A stretch of DNA of 64,000 nucleotides from Sphingomonadales bacterium (lineage in GTDB: Bacteria; Pseudomonadota; Alphaproteobacteria; Sphingomonadales; Sphingomonadaceae): assembly GCA_038225385.1 (NCBI GenBank), contig JBBRRC010000005.1, forward strand, positions 18,743 to 82,742, given 5' to 3'. Below, in pieces: positions 31,427 to 40,792 of this stretch. The stretch's first letter is position 1. Every line of letters begins with the position of its first letter. The position numbers and the translations under genes are program-made. Under the pieces are notes generated by a model. It did no database searches. It saw nothing but the letters and a program-made list of their open reading frames with translations, and was not told the origin of the DNA.

Positions 31427-34278
31427 TAGAGCCGCCCGCGGATGCCGAAGAAAAAGGCCCGTCCGGTATATTCGTAGAATGACGGGACGTTGGCGTAGGT
31501 GCTGTAGCGCTGCGTCGCCTGACCGAGCAGGTTCGACCCCTGAACATAGACGGTCAAACTCGGCAGGATGTCATAGGCAAGGCTCGCCGACAGTTCGTGA
31601 TATGGCCGTTCCTTGTCGACGAGAGAGCTGATGTACTGCGTCGGATTGGCGGTGAAGCGCGACTGGTATTCATACGATACCGAGGCGTTGATCCCGTGCT
31701 TTTCGTAAAAGATCTTGGCATTCGCGGAAAACGGTACGGCGCCGAACAATTCGGTGGTCTGGCCGGCACTCAGCGCCTGCGAGTGGTTGTAGGTGGCGTT
31801 CGCCTGAAAGCCGAGGCCGTTGTCGAGGAAATACTGGCCGCCCAGTTCGATACCCCACACCTTGGCGCTGTCACCATTGATGGTGACGACCTCGGTGAAG
31901 TCGAAGCTTTGCGGCGCGTTCGCGGGCTGGTTGGTCGGCACCAGCTTGAACGGTACTGAGGTCGTCGTCACGAAATTGGTGATATGCTTGTAGAACGCCG
32001 CCGCGCTCAGCGAGAGCCGCCGGTTCGGATTATATTCCAGCGAGACGTCGAGTTGGTCCGCCGATGTCGGCTTCAGGTTGGGATTGCCGGCATCGATGAT
32101 CGTCGGGGTGTTCGACTGCGCCGCCGAATAATCCTTGGCCGCCGACAATTCGCCGAACGTCGGTCGCGAGATCGCCTTCGACGCGGCCAGCCGGAGGCGC
32201 AGCGCATCGGTCAGGTCGTACTGAAAATTGGCCGACGGCAACAGGCGCAGGTAATTGCCACCGCCGACAATCGCCTGGACCGGGTTGAAGACGACGGTGG
32301 CCGACCCGGCACCGAACACGACATAGCTGGCGACACTCGCGCCGTAGCCGACCGACGATACCTTCGTGTCGACCAGACGTGCGCCGAGGTCGGCGCGCCA
32401 GCGCTCGCCCTCGAAATTATACTGGACATAGCCTGCCCAGGTCCGCTCGCTGATCGCATATGAGCCAAGCAGATCGGGCTGGACGACCTGCGTCGCGTAG
32501 CCGGTGGGATAGGGCGACAGCGTGCAGCCTGGGATCGGGTTGCCGTCGCCGTCCTTGCAGCTGTTGGGATCGGGGACGTTCGGGTTGTTCTCTGCCGCAG
32601 GGAGTGCCGCCAGATAGGCCGCAATGTCGAACGAGGGGAAGTTTCGCGGGAAATTCCCCGTCAGCGTCGGCAGGATGTTCGTGACGAGGCCGGGGCGCAC
32701 GACATCGGCGCCGATCGCGCTGAACGGGAACGGATAGCCGCAGAAGTTGCACGACGTCGTGAACTGGTTGTCGATGACATCGACCGTTTTCTTGCGGTCG
32801 GTATAGTTAACGCCGAACGTGATCGATTTGAGGACGCCGGCATCGATCGCGAATTCGCCGTCGATCTTGCCGCCCTTGGTCTTGTCGGCGATGTTCTGGC
32901 CCTGGATGCCGATATAATGGACGCGCAGATCGGCATTGCCTGCCTGGTCGAGCGTCCGGTTGGTCACCGTCCCGTCGGCATTGGGGATCGTCAGGACCAT
33001 GTCGGGAATGCCGTTGTCCCGCGTGGTGACGACGGCGCGCGAGCCCGGGATGCCGGCGACGACGAATTCGTTCTGGCCGCCGGTATCGTCGCTTGCCTTG
33101 CCGTAATAGGCATCGATCGTGAACTTCAGCCTGTCCGACGGTTTCCAGTCGATATGGCCGCCGAACTGATAGGTGATCGAATTGCGCGGTTCGTTGGTGG
33201 TCAGCACGTCGATCGTCGCGGGCTGGACCGTGTAGTTGGTCACGACCTTGTTGCTGTCGATCGTCAGGTTGTTCAGGTCCCAGCGCAAATTGCCGTCGTC
33301 GTCGAACGGCGTCAGGCCGACCGACGTCCGGTAATTCTGCTGGCTGACCTTGTAATTGCTGTAGATGCCGTCGAGCCGCAATTCGAACCGGTCCGACGGG
33401 CGCCACTGATACGCCGCCGATCCGCCCCAGCGCTCACGCTCGCCCAGCACATAGCCGACGCTGTAGAAATACGGCACGATCACGCCGCCCCTCACCTGGT
33501 CGAACCGGGGATCGTCCATGGTGATGACTTCGCGCTGGCCGTCGGCGTTGGTGACGACGTCGAACGTATTCTGGCTCGAATATTCGCCCAGATTGTCGGT
33601 CCGGAACTTGTACCGGTTATAGCTCCCTGAAATCAGGAACCCCATCGTGTCGTTCGCAAATGTCGTGCTGACGACGCCCGATGCCTTGAACCCGCCCTTT
33701 TTCGCAAAGTCGTTATACTGCCCCTCGATCGAGCCCGCCGCATGCAGCCCCTTGTGGTCGAACGGCCGCGCGGTGCGCAGGTCGATGTTGCCGCCGATGC
33801 TGCCCTCGTTCTGCGACGACTGGACGGCCTTTTGAATTTCTGCCCCGGCGATCATTTCCGACGGCAGCACGTCGAACGCGAACGCCCGGTCGGGCCCGTC
33901 GGTTGGCAGGATACGGCCGTTGAGCGTCGTGATCGCGAAGTTTTCACCGAGGCCGCGGATCGTGATGTTCTTGCCCTCGCCGCGCCCGTCACGCCCGACC
34001 GTGACTCCGGGGATGTTCGCAAGCGCTTCGGCAACATTGCGATTGGGGAATTTACCCAGTTCTTCGGCAGAGATGGCATCGACGATCGTCGTTGCCGACC
34101 GTTTGATGTCGGTTGAGCGCAGCAGGCTGCCCCGCACGCCCGTCACGATGATTTCGGAATCCGACTGGGGATCGGCTGCCTGGGGCGCGGTCTGCGCGCG
34201 TGCCGGCAGGGCGGTGGCCAGCGCGCACACTGCGGCGGTTCCCAGGATATGGATACGAACCTGACCGATGCGTCGCAT
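31426..34278 (-). CDS. TonB-dependent receptor (carbohydrate-uptake type)
   Basis: Signal peptide, TonB box EIIVTG, plug motif (NVAEALANIPGV, IRGLG), GNPNLKP, C-terminal GRAFFFGIRGRL. Confidence 0.93.
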   Translation of the reverse strand: MRRIGQVRIHILGTAAVCALATALPARAQTAPQAADPQSDSEIIVTGVRGSLLRSTDIKRSATTIVDAISAEELGKFPNRNVAEALANIPGVTVGRDGRGEGKNITIRGLGENFAITTLNGRILPTDGPDRAFAFDVLPSEMIAGAEIQKAVQSSQNEGSIGGNIDLRTARPFDHKGLHAAGSIEGQYNDFAKKGGFKASGVVSTTFANDTMGFLISGSYNRYKFRTDNLGEYSSQNTFDVVTNADGQREVITMDDPRFDQVRGGVIVPYFYSVGYVLGERERWGGSAAYQWRPSDRFELRLDGIYSNYKVSQQNYRTSVGLTPFDDDGNLRWDLNNLTIDSNKVVTNYTVQPATIDVLTTNEPRNSITYQFGGHIDWKPSDRLKFTIDAYYGKASDDTGGQNEFVVAGIPGSRAVVTTRDNGIPDMVLTIPNADGTVTNRTLDQAGNADLRVHYIGIQGQNIADKTKGGKIDGEFAIDAGVLKSITFGVNYTDRKKTVDVIDNQFTTSCNFCGYPFPFSAIGADVVRPGLVTNILPTLTGNFPRNFPSFDIAAYLAALPAAENNPNVPDPNSCKDGDGNPIPGCTLSPYPTGYATQVVQPDLLGSYAISERTWAGYVQYNFEGERWRADLGARLVDTKVSSVGYGASVASYVVFGAGSATVVFNPVQAIVGGGNYLRLLPSANFQYDLTDALRLRLAASKAISRPTFGELSAAKDYSAAQSNTPTIIDAGNPNLKPTSADQLDVSLEYNPNRRLSLSAAAFYKHITNFVTTTSVPFKLVPTNQPANAPQSFDFTEVVTINGDSAKVWGIELGGQYFLDNGLGFQANATYNHSQALSAGQTTELFGAVPFSANAKIFYEKHGINASVSYEYQSRFTANPTQYISSLVDKERPYHELSASLAYDILPSLTVYVQGSNLLGQATQRYSTYANVPSFYEYTGRAFFFGIRGRL

Positions 34279-34314
34279 GCGCTTCCCCTTGATGCTGATC
34301 CCTCGTCCCGGCCC

Positions 34315-34400
34315 AATATGTTTCGGTTAGCCGATCCTGATTGCGATTCGGTAGCACGGGTTTTTGTACAGTGCCATACCGAAAAGAAGCGAAACTTTCG
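34315..34400. promoter_or_regulatory. Divergent TBDR/agaR control region with GAAA/TTTC repeats
   Basis: CGAAAAGAAGCGAAACTTTCG near 34380-34400 and TTTCG near 34321; resembles AgaR/DeoR direct-repeat operators (inference). Confidence 0.35.
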
Positions 34401-34453
34401 GCCGGCATTGAACCGGCCCGCGATGTTTGTTAGGCGCGCCGGGCAATCAATCA

Positions 34454-35245
34454 ATGAGGAAGCGGATGTCGGCGATGCGCGACACGAGCGGGCGACGCCA
34501 GCAGATCAGCACGATGGTGAAGGCGCAGGGCAGCGTGCAGGTCGCGCCGCTGGCCGAGCAATTCGGGGTGTCGATGCAGACGATCCGCAAGGACCTGCAT
34601 TATCTGAGCGAGCGGGGCATCGCCTCGCGAGCCTATGGCGGCGCGATCGCTTCGGAAGTGGTCGGCGCGCTGGTCGAACCGCCGGTCGATGCAAAGCGCA
34701 ACGTCAACCTCGAACAAAAAGAGCGGATCGGCCGCCTCGCCGCGGCGATGGTGCGTCCCGGTGACTCGATCGTCCTCGATTCGGGCACGACGACGCTGCA
34801 GATCGCGCGCTTCCTTGCGGATGACGAGGGGACGACGGTCGTGACGAACGATTTCGGCGTCCTCGCGATGCTGGCGCAGAAAAGCCGCATCAAGATCGTC
34901 ATGCTGGGTGGGGAGCTGCGCCGCCGCAACATGGCCTTCTACGGCGGGCAAACGGTCGACGCGCTTGATGATTTGCACGTCGACAAGCTGTTCCTCGGTG
35001 TCGATGGGTTCCACCTCGACCGCGGCATTACCACGCATCACGAGCCCGAAGCGCTGCTCAACCGCAAGATGGCAAAGGCTGCGCAATCGGTGATCGCGGT
35101 GACCGACAGCGCGAAATTCGGCCGCGTCTGCCTGCACCGGATCGTCGACATCGCCGACCTCGACGCGCTGGTCACCGATACCGGCGCGCCCGACTATATC
35201 CGCGCCGCGAGTGCTACCGCGGGGTTTGCCCTGCACCTCGCCTGA
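34454..35245 (+). CDS. agaR: DeoR/GlpR-family regulator (AgaR-like)
   Basis: VSMQTIRKDL HTH, RAYGGA, LDSGTTT and DKLFLGVDG motifs; context of agaS/agaZ genes. Confidence 0.8.
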   Translation: MRKRMSAMRDTSGRRQQISTMVKAQGSVQVAPLAEQFGVSMQTIRKDLHYLSERGIASRAYGGAIASEVVGALVEPPVDAKRNVNLEQKERIGRLAAAMVRPGDSIVLDSGTTTLQIARFLADDEGTTVVTNDFGVLAMLAQKSRIKIVMLGGELRRRNMAFYGGQTVDALDDLHVDKLFLGVDGFHLDRGITTHHEPEALLNRKMAKAAQSVIAVTDSAKFGRVCLHRIVDIADLDALVTDTGAPDYIRAASATAGFALHLA

Positions 35246-35264
35246 GGTCAGCGCCTGAGGTCAG
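35239..35264. repeat. 13-bp tandem direct repeat at a convergent gene junction
   Basis: CGCCTGAGGTCAG x2, containing the stop codons of both convergent genes. Confidence 0.85.
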
Positions 35265-36370
35265 CGCTTCTTCAAAAAGACCCGTCGGGCATTGCCATAA
35301 TAGATTTTGTCGATGACCGTCCGGGGCAGCGCCAGCCCTGGCACATCCGCATTGATCGCATCGATGCGCTGCGTGGTGTCGGTCGCGAGGTACGCCCAGT
35401 CCGACCGCCAGAAATCATCCGCCTCCTTGGCAAAATCGGCGCTCGTCGATGGCGGGTTCTGTGCGCGCTCGCTTGCCGACGGCGGGTTTTGTGTCAGGTC
35501 GGATCCGTACAGGAGGCGATCCTGGTATTTGACGAAAAACGCCCGCACCTTGGCGGGATCGCGGACCGACTGATACTGGACCTGAGTCATCCGCGCGGCC
35601 AGGTCCACCGTGGCATTCGGGTATCGGTCGAGGAACGCGGCGAGCACGTCGACGCTCCACTCGAGGCTTGCCATATGGGCGCCGACGAAGCTCAATCCGG
35701 GGTGCCGGCTCACAAACGCGTCGCGATGCGCCATCAGGGTTTCGTAGCCCGGCTGCTCGGGATGCAGATACATGTGGTATTCGGGGTGGTCCCTGAAATA
35801 GCTGCGGTCGTTGTCGGTCGTCATCTGGTCGAGCGGCAGCCAGCAGTTCTTGGGCTCCGCCTGATGCGCGATCAGGGGCACGTGCGCCTGTTCGATATGC
35901 GCCATCACCTCATCGAAACGCGGATCGTCGAGGAAAATCTGGTTTCCGCTGGCGTCCTTCTCGACCATGCCGATGTTCTTCCAGACCTTAACGCCCAGTG
36001 CCCCGTGGGCGAACGCGGTATCCAGCGCCGCATTGGTTGCCTGCGTCCAGCCGGGCGACGCAAACCCCTTCATCGTGAAGGTCGTGGCGAAATGGAAATG
36101 CTTCGGATCCGCTGCCTTGAGCGCCTGCGCCACGGCCGACTGCGTCTTCAGATCGGGAAAGTCGGGATAGTCGACGTTGATCGACATCAGCTCGAACCCG
36201 TCCTTGCGGGCGATGGCCAGGAACTGCGGCCCGTTGACGTTGGCATGCACATGCGCGTCGAACTTGCGGACATGAGCAAAGTCCGCGACCCGGTAGGTCG
36301 ACGACGACGTCGCCATCGCCGCGCTGCCGAGGGCCGCGACGAAAATCAGGGCTACAGATCTCATCCGCAT
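35261..36370 (-). CDS. Exported amidohydrolase (Amidohydro_2-like)
   Basis: Signal peptide MRMRSVALIFVAALGSAAMA; FDAHVH, IAHQAEP, GAHMAS and LLYGSD metal motifs. Confidence 0.85.
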   Translation of the reverse strand: MRMRSVALIFVAALGSAAMATSSSTYRVADFAHVRKFDAHVHANVNGPQFLAIARKDGFELMSINVDYPDFPDLKTQSAVAQALKAADPKHFHFATTFTMKGFASPGWTQATNAALDTAFAHGALGVKVWKNIGMVEKDASGNQIFLDDPRFDEVMAHIEQAHVPLIAHQAEPKNCWLPLDQMTTDNDRSYFRDHPEYHMYLHPEQPGYETLMAHRDAFVSRHPGLSFVGAHMASLEWSVDVLAAFLDRYPNATVDLAARMTQVQYQSVRDPAKVRAFFVKYQDRLLYGSDLTQNPPSASERAQNPPSTSADFAKEADDFWRSDWAYLATDTTQRIDAINADVPGLALPRTVIDKIYYGNARRVFLKKR

Positions 36371-36385
36371 GGTCACGCTCCCGTA

Positions 36386-36411
36386 GAAACAAACAAAACG
36401 AAACTCAAAAC
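36386..36411. promoter_or_regulatory. (G/A)AAAC repeat array between divergent amidohydrolase and GH36 genes
   Basis: GAAACAAACAAAACGAAACTCAAAAC; AT-rich patch in a GC-rich context, candidate AgaR operator. Confidence 0.4.
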
Positions 36412-36483
36412 TTCCCAACCGCGCCTTTTTGATTGCATGGTTTATCACCCCCGTGCAATGCCTCTGGCGCGAAGGGAGTCTGC

Positions 36484-38583
36484 ATGAACAAGGATCGCGG
36501 CAACTCGGCTATCTGCATGCGCCGCCGTGCGCTGCTGCAACTGCTCGGTGGATCGGCCTGCATCCCGATGCTCGCCACCCGCGCTGCCGCCGCAACGCTT
36601 CGCCCGGTCGTCGCGGTGAAAACCGCCGGCAAGGGACTCTCGATCGATTTCGACGGTGCGCTGCGCAGCAGGGTGTCACTCGACGGCGTCGCGCTGACCG
36701 GATTCGACGCGGGCGAGGCGCTCCTGCTCGATCACGGCGCGGCGGTCGACCGCTTCGTCATGGTGGATCATCGGCGCACGACCGTGGAGGATGCGCATGG
36801 TCGCGGCGACCGCCACACGTTGCGCGGCCTGGCGTCCGCTGGCGTCGAAAAGGTCGTTTATCTGACCTATTACGATCGTCACCCGGGGTTTGTCATCGTG
36901 CAGGCCGAGTTTGTTAACCGGGGCACGGTGCCGCTCGCGGTATCGGGATGGCGCGCCGCTGCCCACACCCTTTTGCCGGCACCGGGCGGCAGCTGGTCCT
37001 ACTCGGGCGCCAGCTATGAAAATCGCCGCGACTGGGTGCAGCCGGTGAAGCCGGGCTTCGACCAGCGCAATTTCATGGGCATGAACGCATCGGACTATGG
37101 CGGCGGCACCCCCGTTGCCGACGTCTGGCACCGGCGCGCGGGCATTGCCGTCGGCCATGTCGAGGTCACGCCAAAGCTCGTGTCGCTGCCGATCCGGGAC
37201 GTTTCCGGGGCGACCAGTCTTGCGATCGAAAGCGATACGGGCATGACGCTGGCACCCGGCGAACGGCTGGCGACCCACGATTGCTTCATCGCTGCCCACC
37301 GGGGCGATCACTTTGCCGCGCTTGACGGCTACCGCAAGCTGATGGCCGAGCGCGGTCTGGCTGCCCCGGCGACCCCGGCGACGAGCTACGAGCCGATCTG
37401 GTGCGCCTGGGGTTATGAGCGCAATTTCACCACCGAACAGATCATCGCGACCCTGCCCAAGGCCAAGTCGCTGGGTCTCGACTGGGCGGTGCTCGATGAC
37501 GGCTGGCAGACCAGCGAAGGCGACTGGAAGGTCGATCGCACAAAGTTTCCGCGCGGTGATGACGATATGAAAGCGTTTGCCGAGGCCGTCCTCGCGCAGG
37601 GCATGAAACCCCGGCTATGGTATTCGCCACTCGCCGTCGATCCGGGCACCGACCTGCTTCATGACCACGTCGACATGTTGTTGCTCGACAAGAGCGGCGC
37701 GGTCCAGAACGTCAGCTGGTGGAACGCCTTTACCCTGTGCCCCGCCTATCCCCCGACGGTCGATTATTACAAGAAGCAGGTGGCGCGGATCATCGGCGAC
37801 TGGGGCTACAAAGGGCTGAAGCTCGACGGCCAGCATCTGAACGGCGTGGCACCCTGCTACAACCCCGCGCACAATCATGCCCGGCCCGAGGAATCGGTCG
37901 AAAAACTGCAGGACTTCTGGAAGGCGCTCTACGACACCGCCATCGCGATCGACCCGGCAACGGTCGTCGAAATCTGTCCGTGCGGCACGGCGTTCGCCTT
38001 TCACAACATTCCGGCGATAAACCAGACCCCCGCCTCCGACCCTGAATCATCGTGGCAGGTGCGGCTGAAGGGCAAGACGATGAAGGCGCTGATGGGGCCA
38101 TCGGCCCCCTTTGCGGGCGATCATGTCGAACTGAGCGATCATGGTGACGATTTCGCCTCGACCTTTGGCATCGGCGGCATTCTGTCGACCAAATTCACCT
38201 GGCCGGCCGACACCACCCGTCCCAGCGGCGACAGGCTCCCACCGGGCGGTTATGTTCTGACGCCTGCCAAGGAAGCGCTGTGGCGCAAGTGGATCGCGCT
38301 TTACCGGGAACAGATGCTGCCGACGGGCAAATATCTCGGTGGGCTGTACGATATCGGTTTCGACAAGCCGGAGGCACATGCGGTCGAAAAAGACGGCACC
38401 ATGCACTATGCGTTTTTTGCGGACCGCTGGAGCGGCCCGCTCGAACTGCGCGGGCTGGGTGCCGGGCGCTTCGCCCTGAGAGACGGCTTTACCGGGCGGC
38501 CGCTGGGCCATGTGACCGCGGCCACGTCGCGCATCCCTGCTGCATTTGAGCGGTTCCTGCTGATCGAGGCGACCCCGGCATGA
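36484..38583 (+). CDS. GH36 alpha-galactosidase / alpha-N-acetylgalactosaminidase-like, Tat-exported
   Basis: Tat-like RRRALL signal; WCAWGY, VLDDGWQ and GLKLDG motifs of GH36/GH27 clan D. Confidence 0.85.
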   Translation: MNKDRGNSAICMRRRALLQLLGGSACIPMLATRAAAATLRPVVAVKTAGKGLSIDFDGALRSRVSLDGVALTGFDAGEALLLDHGAAVDRFVMVDHRRTTVEDAHGRGDRHTLRGLASAGVEKVVYLTYYDRHPGFVIVQAEFVNRGTVPLAVSGWRAAAHTLLPAPGGSWSYSGASYENRRDWVQPVKPGFDQRNFMGMNASDYGGGTPVADVWHRRAGIAVGHVEVTPKLVSLPIRDVSGATSLAIESDTGMTLAPGERLATHDCFIAAHRGDHFAALDGYRKLMAERGLAAPATPATSYEPIWCAWGYERNFTTEQIIATLPKAKSLGLDWAVLDDGWQTSEGDWKVDRTKFPRGDDDMKAFAEAVLAQGMKPRLWYSPLAVDPGTDLLHDHVDMLLLDKSGAVQNVSWWNAFTLCPAYPPTVDYYKKQVARIIGDWGYKGLKLDGQHLNGVAPCYNPAHNHARPEESVEKLQDFWKALYDTAIAIDPATVVEICPCGTAFAFHNIPAINQTPASDPESSWQVRLKGKTMKALMGPSAPFAGDHVELSDHGDDFASTFGIGGILSTKFTWPADTTRPSGDRLPPGGYVLTPAKEALWRKWIALYREQMLPTGKYLGGLYDIGFDKPEAHAVEKDGTMHYAFFADRWSGPLELRGLGAGRFALRDGFTGRPLGHVTAATSRIPAAFERFLLIEATPA

Positions 38584-39512
38584 CCGGTTCGCCCATTGCC
38601 GCGCCGCACCGCGGCTGGCTGTTCAATGCGCTGACCACGGTTGCCCTCTGGGGCGTCTGGGGCGCATTTTCGGGCCTCTCGCCACAGCACGGCTTTCCCG
38701 AAACGCTGGTTTACTGTGTCTGGTCGCTGACGATGATCCCGCCCGCGCTCATCGTGCTGAAACTGGCGAACTGGCGGCTGGACCGTGATCCGGTCGCGAT
38801 CGGTTACGGCCTGATCATTGGTTTACTGGGTGCCGGCGGCCAGATGGTCCTGTTCTACGCGGTGACCAAAGGGCCGCCCTATCTGATCTTTCCCATCATC
38901 TCGCTGTCGCCGGTGGTGACGATCGCCATGTCGTTCGCGCTGCTTGGGGAACGCACGACCCGGCTGGGGGCGGCCGGCATCGTCCTCGCGCTGCTGGCGC
39001 TCCCCACGTTCGACTTCTCCTTTGGCGGGGACGGGGCCGGGCAGGGGGTCGGCTGGTTCATCCTCGCGCTGATCGTCATGCTGTGCTGGGGCGTGCAGGC
39101 CTATTTCATGAAAGCGGCCAACGCCGTCATGAGCGGAGAGAGCATCTTTTTCTTCATGGCGCTGACCGGCCTGATGCTCGCCCCTGTTGCCTGGCTGATG
39201 ACCGATTTTTCAAGGCCGGTGAATATGGGCATTGACGGACCTGTCCTCGCGGCGGGCATTCAGGTGCTGAACGCCATCGGGGCCCTGACGCTGGTCTTCG
39301 CCTTTCGCTATGGGAAGGCGATTGTCGTCGCGCCGCTGACCAATGCGGGCGCCCCGCTCGTCACCGCACTGATTTCGCTCGCCGTCATCGGCATCGTGCC
39401 AGGCGAACTGAAGATCGTCGGCCTCGTCCTCGCGACGGTCGCGTCCATGCTCCTGGCCCTCGAACCAGAGGCGGTCAGCGAAGACGCCCCGGCAGGGGCT
39501 GCGCTCACATGA
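38580..39512 (+). CDS. DMT/EamA-family transporter
   Basis: About 10 TM helices in two repeats; PIISLSPVVT and APLTNAGAPLVT; coupled to GH36. Confidence 0.85.
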   Translation: MTGSPIAAPHRGWLFNALTTVALWGVWGAFSGLSPQHGFPETLVYCVWSLTMIPPALIVLKLANWRLDRDPVAIGYGLIIGLLGAGGQMVLFYAVTKGPPYLIFPIISLSPVVTIAMSFALLGERTTRLGAAGIVLALLALPTFDFSFGGDGAGQGVGWFILALIVMLCWGVQAYFMKAANAVMSGESIFFFMALTGLMLAPVAWLMTDFSRPVNMGIDGPVLAAGIQVLNAIGALTLVFAFRYGKAIVVAPLTNAGAPLVTALISLAVIGIVPGELKIVGLVLATVASMLLALEPEAVSEDAPAGAALT

Positions 39513-40792
39513 ATGCGTTGCTCGATTTGGTCACCCGCCACAAAGCAGGCGAACGCGTGGGCATCACCTCGGTGTGCTCGGCCCATCCGATCGTTCTCGA
39601 GGCCGTTCTCCGGCACGCACGCGACATGGGTTCACCGCTTGCCCTGATCGAGGCGACCTCCAACCAGGTCAATCAGGACGGCGGCTATACCGGCATGGTG
39701 CCGTCGGCCTTCCGCGATTTTGTCTATTCGATTGCCGATCGGGTCGATTTTCCGCGCGACCGCATCGCGCTCGGCGGGGATCATCTCGGGCCCAATGCCT
39801 GGAGTGCGATGCCCGCCGAGGAGGCGATGGCCAGGGCAGCGGTGATGATCGATCACTATGTCCGCGCGGGCTTTCGCAAGATTCACCTCGACTGTTCGAT
39901 GTCGTGCGCCGACGATCCGACGCCGCTGCCCGAAGAGGTGGTTGCCACGCGGGCGGCCAGCCTCTGCGCCGTCGCCGAGGCGGCGTACCGGGATGCGGGC
40001 GGAGAAGCCCCGCTATACGTGATCGGCACGGAAGTGCCCGTGCCGGGGGGGGCGGCCGAAGATGTTGCGACGCTTCAGGTGACGACGCCCGACGCAGCGC
40101 GATCGACAATCGACCTGCATGAGCGCGTGTTTCTCGGCGCTGGTCTAGGGGACGCGTGGCAGCGCGTGATTGCAACCGTCGTGCAACCCGGCGTTGAATT
40201 CGATCATCACAAGGTCGTCGATTACGATCCCGCCGCTGCCCGGGCACTCAGCGCGAGCATCGGCGCCGTACCACGGATCGTGTTCGAGGCGCACTCGACC
40301 GATTATCAGACGCCGGCATCGCTCGCTGCACTCGTCGCGGATCACTTTGCCATTCTGAAAGTGGGGCCGGGCGTTACCTTTGCCCTTCGCGAAGCCCTTT
40401 GGGCACTCGATGCGATCGAGAGCGAACTCTTCCCCGCCGCGAGCAGTGCCGGTTTCCGCAGCGTCGTTCTTGCCCGCATGAAGGCCGAACCGCAGTATTG
40501 GGCGAAATATTATGAGACGACCGGCGACGCGCTCGACATCGACCTCCAGTACAGCCTGAGCGACCGCGTCCGCTATTACTGGCCGGATGCCGCGATCGTC
40601 GCGGCGCAGGAAACCCTGTTCGACAATCTTACCCGCAAGCCACCTCCGCCCGCGCTGATCAGTCAGTATCTGCCGCTTTCCTATGCGGCGGTCCGCGCGG
40701 GCGAAGCGGCCGCGACTCCAAAGGGCCTCGTCATGGCGCATATAACTTCGGTCCTGGAGGCGTATCGGAAGGCCTGCACTGCCCATGGCTGA
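39509..40792 (+). CDS. agaZ: KbaZ/GatZ/AgaZ family protein (tagatose-6-phosphate 4-epimerase-like)
   Basis: SVCSAHP, IEATSNQVNQDGGYTG, LGGDHLGP, YVIGTEVPVPGG, FEAHSTDYQ and SLSDRVRYYW motifs. Confidence 0.92.
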   Translation: MNALLDLVTRHKAGERVGITSVCSAHPIVLEAVLRHARDMGSPLALIEATSNQVNQDGGYTGMVPSAFRDFVYSIADRVDFPRDRIALGGDHLGPNAWSAMPAEEAMARAAVMIDHYVRAGFRKIHLDCSMSCADDPTPLPEEVVATRAASLCAVAEAAYRDAGGEAPLYVIGTEVPVPGGAAEDVATLQVTTPDAARSTIDLHERVFLGAGLGDAWQRVIATVVQPGVEFDHHKVVDYDPAAARALSASIGAVPRIVFEAHSTDYQTPASLAALVADHFAILKVGPGVTFALREALWALDAIESELFPAASSAGFRSVVLARMKAEPQYWAKYYETTGDALDIDLQYSLSDRVRYYWPDAAIVAAQETLFDNLTRKPPPPALISQYLPLSYAAVRAGEAAATPKGLVMAHITSVLEAYRKACTAHG

